32,000 nt of DNA, from assembly GCF_043950625.1 (NCBI RefSeq), contig NZ_CP171007.1. The stretch is one strand, 5' to 3'. How positions within the stretch are numbered: position 1 is the stretch's first letter; every line of letters begins with the position of its first letter. Source of the DNA: Alkanindiges sp. WGS2144. Lineage in GTDB: Bacteria > Pseudomonadota > Gammaproteobacteria > Pseudomonadales > Moraxellaceae. A program made the position numbers and the translations under genes. Below are positions 27,039 to 32,000 of the stretch, piece after piece. The notes below the pieces were generated by a model, which saw nothing but the letters and a program-made list of their open reading frames with translations, made no database searches and was not told where the DNA came from.

Positions 27039-29285
27039 TTATAAATGCCGTATGCGCCAGGCCCGATGAATTTTGCTATTACGCTTAAAATCAAAACTAA
27101 TGGTTTGTGACGTAATTTCCTGCACATCAAAACGTGCTGTTAACTCTTCATCTATCTCAAATTGCCTGAAATTATTAGAAAAGTATAACATCCCCTCACT
27201 GCTAAGGCGATTCATGGCGCGTTTAATCAGTGATGCGTGATCCCGTTGTACATCAAAGGTTCCATGAAATTTTTTGGAATTGGAAAAAGTGGGGGGATCA
27301 ATAAAAATCAGATCGTAGGTTTCATGGCCTTCTTTTAACCACTCAAACACATCGGCTTCAAAAAACTGGTGCTGCTGATCATTATGATCAACAGTTAAAC
27401 CATTGAGGGCGAAGTTTTGCTTTGACCAGTTAATGTAGGTATTGGACAAGTCTACACTAGTCGTACTGGCTGCGCCGCCAACTGCGGCATGCACACTAGC
27501 GGTAGAGGTGTAACTATATAAGTTTAAAAAATGTTTACCCTTGGCCTCCTGTGCAATACGAAGACGCATTGGGCGATGATCCAGAAATAAACCGGTATCA
27601 AGATAATCCGTCAGGTTGACATAAACCCGAATATTGCCTTCCTGCACAATAAACCGTTTGCTGGCTTCACTTTGTTTCTCATACTGGTTTTGGCCTTTTT
27701 GCCGGGCACGGGTTTTAATAAATACATTTTCCCGTGGCAGGCCAGTTACCTGCCGAATGGTTGCCAGCGCCAGGTTGAAACGCTTTTTTGCTTTTTCCGG
27801 ATCAATAATTTTAGGCGGTGCATATTCCTGTACGTGCAGTTTGTCGTCGTACAAGTCGATAGCCAGATTAAAGTCGGGCAGATCGGCATCGTACAGGCGT
27901 AGGCAACTGACATTTTCACGCAAGGCCTGCTTTTTTAGGTTGCTGATATTCTTTTGCAACCGATTGGCAAAATCCTGTGCACCTTCAATCTCAACAGGGT
28001 TAGCTTGCCAGCTTGCCAGAAAAGGCATTTTGTCAGCTTTGGCCAGGATTGTGCCTGTGCGTATATAGATAGGCAGATTGCCATTCATCAGACGCATGGT
28101 ATGCGTATGCTTTAGAGGAAGTACGTCCACCTGTTCAATATGCGAGGCTAAAATAGCCGCCTGCTGATTGGGTAAAAACTTTTGTATTTGCCAAGCCAGC
28201 CCCTGATATAAAGCACGGTTGCTTGTTTTATCACCCAGTCGCTCACCATAAGGCGGGTTAGTCACGATGAGCGTTCTTGCCGAAATTGGCTCTTCGCCTT
28301 GTGCACAGACAGAGCGATGCTCTGTAAATCCATGCTCAGGCCAGTCAGCAAGAACCCGTTCTTCAATTTTAATATGTGGCAATAAGTCCTCAAAACCTGC
28401 TGCAATGATGTTTTGCCGTGTGGCTTTTACCGCATCCCAATCGGCATCATAAGCATAAATTCGGGGTAGAGGCTGTTGTAAGGCAGCGTGATGGCGTTCA
28501 GCAGCTTCTATTTTTAAACCTTGCCAGAGTGTATTGTCATGACCATGCCAGCCCATAAAACCAAAGTGACGTTGCAGGCCGGGCGCGCGGTCAGTTTGCA
28601 TCATTAAGGCTTCAATGACAAAAGTACCAGAGCCGCACATGGGGTCAATCAGCACATTAAAATGGGTATGGTGCCAGCCTGCCAGTCGTAAAATAGCCGC
28701 TGCCAGGTTTTCCTTAATAGGAGCATCGGTCATATAACGACGATAGCCGCGACGGTGCAGACTGTCACCGGATAAATCTAGGCAATAGGTATGTGCAGTT
28801 TTACCTGCTGCGATAAACAGGGTAATTTCAGGTTGTTTGGTATCAATGCTGGGGCGACGACCCTGAGCCTCCATAAAGCTATCTACTACACCATCCTTGG
28901 CACGCAAGGTCGCAAACTGGGTGTTGACCTTAATGTCGCGTTCGGTGTGCAGGCGAATGGCAAATGTGCTGCTGGGTGAAAAAATTAACGACCAGTCAAA
29001 GCTGAGTGCACCTTCATAAATTTCTTCGGCCACATCACGTGCATCAAGGGTTTTTTCCAATTCATACTGATGGATAGGTGATAATACCCGCGAAGCTAGC
29101 CTTGACCAAAGGCAAATCCGGTAGGCATCTTCCAGATTGCCTTGCAGTACAATCCGACCCGGTTTTTGATCACGAATGCTTGCTGCACTGTTTACCAGAA
29201 TTTCTTGTAGTTCTTCGGCCAGCAGCTTTTCCAGGCCATCAGCACAGGTGACCCAGTAAGTATTTAGGCGAGCAGGTTGAGTCAT
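27039..29285 (-). CDS. rlmL: Bifunctional 23S rRNA (guanine2445-N2)/(guanine2069-N7) methyltransferase RlmKL
   Basis: 748 aa. The N-terminal THUMP plus MTase module carries LIVTNPPYGERLG. A second C-terminal SAM-MTase module carries LIFIDPPTFSNSKK. Confidence 0.92.
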   Translation of the reverse strand: MTQPARLNTYWVTCADGLEKLLAEELQEILVNSAASIRDQKPGRIVLQGNLEDAYRICLWSRLASRVLSPIHQYELEKTLDARDVAEEIYEGALSFDWSLIFSPSSTFAIRLHTERDIKVNTQFATLRAKDGVVDSFMEAQGRRPSIDTKQPEITLFIAAGKTAHTYCLDLSGDSLHRRGYRRYMTDAPIKENLAAAILRLAGWHHTHFNVLIDPMCGSGTFVIEALMMQTDRAPGLQRHFGFMGWHGHDNTLWQGLKIEAAERHHAALQQPLPRIYAYDADWDAVKATRQNIIAAGFEDLLPHIKIEERVLADWPEHGFTEHRSVCAQGEEPISARTLIVTNPPYGERLGDKTSNRALYQGLAWQIQKFLPNQQAAILASHIEQVDVLPLKHTHTMRLMNGNLPIYIRTGTILAKADKMPFLASWQANPVEIEGAQDFANRLQKNISNLKKQALRENVSCLRLYDADLPDFNLAIDLYDDKLHVQEYAPPKIIDPEKAKKRFNLALATIRQVTGLPRENVFIKTRARQKGQNQYEKQSEASKRFIVQEGNIRVYVNLTDYLDTGLFLDHRPMRLRIAQEAKGKHFLNLYSYTSTASVHAAVGGAASTTSVDLSNTYINWSKQNFALNGLTVDHNDQQHQFFEADVFEWLKEGHETYDLIFIDPPTFSNSKKFHGTFDVQRDHASLIKRAMNRLSSEGMLYFSNNFRQFEIDEELTARFDVQEITSQTISFDFKRNSKIHRAWRIRHL

Positions 29286-29488
29286 GAATGGTTTCCAGCA
29301 AACAGCACAAAATAAACAGCTAGTTTAACTGATTTAAGATTTTTGAGGGTATTAATAATAGCGATGCGGTTGACTCGAGTAGACACGCCGTCTTTGTCGA
29401 ACTTTATATTTATAGCTTATACCAACATACTGGTATTTTTCGAGTAAACTAGCGCCATATTGCACTGCTATTAAAAAGGCCTTGTCTT

Positions 29489-30499
29489 ATGCACCTTGCT
29501 GCCTTGCACACCTTGAGCCAGATTCAACTTAACCAGTATGGCAACCTGCGTCATTTTCTAAGTATTGAGGGCTTATCGCAACAACACCTCATTAATATTC
29601 TGGAAACTGCCGAAATCTTTTTGGGCGAAAATGGGCAGATTATTAATCGTCCTTTGCTTGATGGCCGTACGGTCATGAACCTGTTTTTTGAGCCATCAAC
29701 CCGCACGCGTACCACCTTTGAAGTAGCGGCCAAGCGCTTGTCAGCGAATGTGTTAAACATTGACATGCAGCAGTCCAGTACCAAAAAAGGCGAAACCCTG
29801 CGCGATACGCTATGGAATTTAGAGGCCATGGCTGCTGATATTTTTGTGATCCGGCATTCGGCTTCGGGTGCGGCACACTTTATGGCTCAAACAGTGTGCC
29901 CTAATGTAGCAATTATTAATGGTGGGGATGGGCGGCACTCGCACCCTACGCAGGGTATGCTGGATATGCTGACCATTCGTCGCCATGCTGCCAAGCCATT
30001 TTCTGAACTAACGGTTGCTATTATTGGTGATATCAAGCATTCGCGAGTGGCGCGTTCTGATATCGAGGCACTGCAAACTTTAGGTGCAAAAGAAATTCGG
30101 GTAATAGGCCCCAAAACCTTGCTGCCTACTGGCATTGAAGAGTTTGGCGTAAAAGTGTTTGAGAACATGGATAAGGGTGTAGAAGACTGTGACGTGCTGA
30201 TCGCCCTCCGAATTCAAAATGAGCGAATTGGTTCGCCCTTGCTGGCTTCCAGTGAGGAGTTTTACAAGTTATACGGACTGACGGAGGCGCGGGTACAGCG
30301 TGCAGCGCCCAATGCGCTGGTCATGCATCCGGGACCCATGAACCGTGGGGTGGAAATAGCTTCTAGCGTGGCTGATGGCCCGCAATCTTTGATCTTAAAG
30401 CAGGTCAATTATGGTATTGCCGTGCGTATGGCCGTGTTGGCATTGAGTATGCAGGGGCAACTTGAGGCAAAAGGCTTACTCAATCAGCAGGCGGTATAA
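29489..30499 (+). CDS. pyrB: Aspartate carbamoyltransferase catalytic chain
   Basis: Contains [23 protein letters not shown] and HPGPMNRG. Length 336 aa. Confidence 0.96.
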   Translation: MHLAALHTLSQIQLNQYGNLRHFLSIEGLSQQHLINILETAEIFLGENGQIINRPLLDGRTVMNLFFEPSTRTRTTFEVAAKRLSANVLNIDMQQSSTKKGETLRDTLWNLEAMAADIFVIRHSASGAAHFMAQTVCPNVAIINGGDGRHSHPTQGMLDMLTIRRHAAKPFSELTVAIIGDIKHSRVARSDIEALQTLGAKEIRVIGPKTLLPTGIEEFGVKVFENMDKGVEDCDVLIALRIQNERIGSPLLASSEEFYKLYGLTEARVQRAAPNALVMHPGPMNRGVEIASSVADGPQSLILKQVNYGIAVRMAVLALSMQGQLEAKGLLNQQAV

Positions 30500-30509
30500 G
30501 GGGCGTAAT

Positions 30510-31736
30510 ATGAGTATTATTGAAATTAAAAATGTCCGTGTGCTTGACCCGGTAAGCCAGACTGATGAAGTTAAAACTGTATTGATTCAGGATGGAAAAA
30601 TCATAGAGACGGGTGCGGCAACCACCAGTATTGACGGTCAGGGCAAATGGTTAATGCCAGCCCTGGTGGATTTGTGTGCACGCTTGCGTGAGCCTGGTCA
30701 GCAGCAGCATGGCACTTTAAAAAGTGAGGGACAGGCAGCACGGGCAGCCGGTTTTTTGCATGTGGTACTGCCACCAGATACCAAGCCAGTTCAGGATAAC
30801 GGTGCCTTATTAAAAGGTTTGCGTGAAAAAGCTTTTCATGATGGTGGAATTTATCTACATCCGATTGGCGCACAAACCAAAGGACTTGAAGGCAGGCAGC
30901 CTTCCAATATGGCCGGTCTTAAGCAGGGTGGCTGTATTGCAGTGGGTAATGCCCGTGCATCGTTTGTCGATGATGATGTCTTGCTGCGTACGCTGGAATA
31001 TGCAGCAAGCCTGGACTTAAAAGTATTTTTTTATCCTGAAGAAGCCACCATTGCCAAAGATGGCTATGTACATGATGGTTTTACTGCGTCGCGTCAGGGT
31101 TTAACCGGTATTCCTGCCATTGCAGAAACAGTGGCGCTGGCCAAGCAATTGCTGATGATTGAAGCCACTGGCGTACAGGCACATTTTGGTTTGTTGTCCT
31201 GTGGTGCATCGGTTGAGTTAATCAGGGCAGCCAAGGTCAAAGGTTTGAAGGTGACTGCTGATGTTGCCATGCATCAGTTGCATTTAACTGATCAAACCAT
31301 TGATGGCTTTAATTCCTTGGCGCATGTACGTCCGCCACTGCGTAGTGAGTCTGATTGCGAATTGCTGCGGCAAGGTATTGCCAGTGGAGTAATTGATGCG
31401 ATTTGCTCACACCATGAGCCATTATCAGCTTCAGCCAAACTGGCACCTTTTGCAGAAACCGAGGCGGGTATTTCGGGCTTTGATACGTTTATGGCATTGG
31501 GTACAGCCCTTGTGCATCAGAGCTTGCTTAGTCCTTTACAGCTAGCTAGTTGCATTAGTCAGAAGCCTGCTTATATTGCAGGTATTGAAACTCAGTGGCA
31601 GGAGACTGGTGGCTGGGTACTGGTCGATCCTGAGCAGGAGTGGGTGGTCAGTAATGATCAGTTCCGCTCGCAGGGCAGAAATACACCGTTTCTGGGTGCA
31701 GCAGTAAAAGGCCGTACGCTGGAATTGTTTATTTAA
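30510..31736 (+). CDS. pyrC': Dihydroorotase-like non-catalytic ATCase subunit (PyrC')
   Basis: Amidohydrolase/DHOase fold with degenerate metal ligands: DLCARLREPG in place of D-x-H-x-H-LREPG, and SHHEP in place of DHAPH. The start at 30510 has SD AAGGGG 7 nt upstream. The ORF-track start at 30462 would overlap pyrB by 38 nt. Confidence 0.85.
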   Translation: MSIIEIKNVRVLDPVSQTDEVKTVLIQDGKIIETGAATTSIDGQGKWLMPALVDLCARLREPGQQQHGTLKSEGQAARAAGFLHVVLPPDTKPVQDNGALLKGLREKAFHDGGIYLHPIGAQTKGLEGRQPSNMAGLKQGGCIAVGNARASFVDDDVLLRTLEYAASLDLKVFFYPEEATIAKDGYVHDGFTASRQGLTGIPAIAETVALAKQLLMIEATGVQAHFGLLSCGASVELIRAAKVKGLKVTADVAMHQLHLTDQTIDGFNSLAHVRPPLRSESDCELLRQGIASGVIDAICSHHEPLSASAKLAPFAETEAGISGFDTFMALGTALVHQSLLSPLQLASCISQKPAYIAGIETQWQETGGWVLVDPEQEWVVSNDQFRSQGRNTPFLGAAVKGRTLELFI

Positions 31737-31772
31737 GTCGTATAACGCCGCTCAGAAATGTAGTGGTCAACT

Positions 31773-32000
31773 CTATAAAGTGTTGGCCACTGCTTCAAGT
31801 TGTTTGGCGCATTGGGTCCAGCCTTCTGTAAAGCCCATATCATTATGTTTTTGCCGGTCTGCTGTACTTTTATGCATGACAGTCAGATGATAACCAGTCA
31901 CTTCTCCATGATCGCTAAGCCGGATATGCACAGTCATAAATGCTTGTTCTGCTGGCCGGAAATCTATGGTTAGGGCGTCTGTCCAGCACAGTTTTTCCGG
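31773..32000 (-). CDS. SRPBCC/Aha1-domain protein, C-terminal part only (5' end beyond the window)
   Basis: My manual reverse-strand translation is open from the window edge: PEKLCWTDALTIDFRPAEQAFMTVHIRLSDHGEVTGYHLTVMHKSTADRQKHNDMGFTEGWTQCAKQLEAVANTL*. The ending GF..GW...L..L is typical of the Aha1/SRPBCC family. It is absent from the ORF track because no start codon lies in the window. Confidence 0.55.
   Translation of the reverse strand, partial: PEKLCWTDALTIDFRPAEQAFMTVHIRLSDHGEVTGYHLTVMHKSTADRQKHNDMGFTEGWTQCAKQLEAVANTL

Noticed and set aside
30462-30509. ORF-track start of pyrC' at 30462, overlapping pyrB by 38 nt
   Set aside because: The ATG at 30510 is preceded by AAGGGG at good spacing and gives the family-typical N-terminus MSIIEIKNVRVLDP. 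The extension, [16 protein letters not shown], is not DHOase-like.
1-32000. Search by eye for CRISPR repeats, IS inverted repeats or transposases, integrases, tRNA/tmRNA genes and long direct repeats
   Set aside because: I found none. All spacers longer than 150 bp were read on both strands. A computational repeat scan and a tRNA scan would be needed to be certain.

Overview
This is a chromosomal segment of a gammaproteobacterium. Gene order and protein sequences look Moraxellaceae/Acinetobacter-like, but that is inference only. About 80% of the window is ordinary housekeeping: miaE (partial), an L,D-transpeptidase, hemE, folE, an Smr-domain protein, trpG-trpD-trpC, a TraR/DksA zinc-finger protein, glnA, ubiC-ubiA, glyA, rnk, clpB, rlmL, pyrB-pyrC' and a partial SRPBCC gene at the right edge. 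I found no tRNA, rRNA, CRISPR array, IS element or integrase.

Three things stand out:
1. A roughly 4.8 kb accessory islet lies between the clpB terminator and rlmL (22215..27038). It carries a tight three-gene operon: an unassignable GNAT-like 262 aa protein, a bacterial GH3-family adenylating amide synthetase, and a tandem-GNAT protein. An orphan secreted protein follows, and an odd 427 bp AT-rich leader precedes the operon. This is my best candidate for an uncharacterised system, probably a small-molecule conjugation or modification module.
2. An McrBC-type restriction pair sits at 524..3162. Its McrB has no N-terminal DNA-reader domain and instead has a roughly 125 aa insertion inside the AAA+ core.
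3. A lipoprotein alpha/beta hydrolase gene (16172..17437) is split by an in-frame TAG immediately after its lipobox.

Regulatory signals readable by eye include a sigma54 promoter with NtrC-like sites upstream of glnA, a sigma32-like promoter upstream of clpB, and several rho-independent terminators. All functional calls rest on motif recognition by eye. No database search was run.
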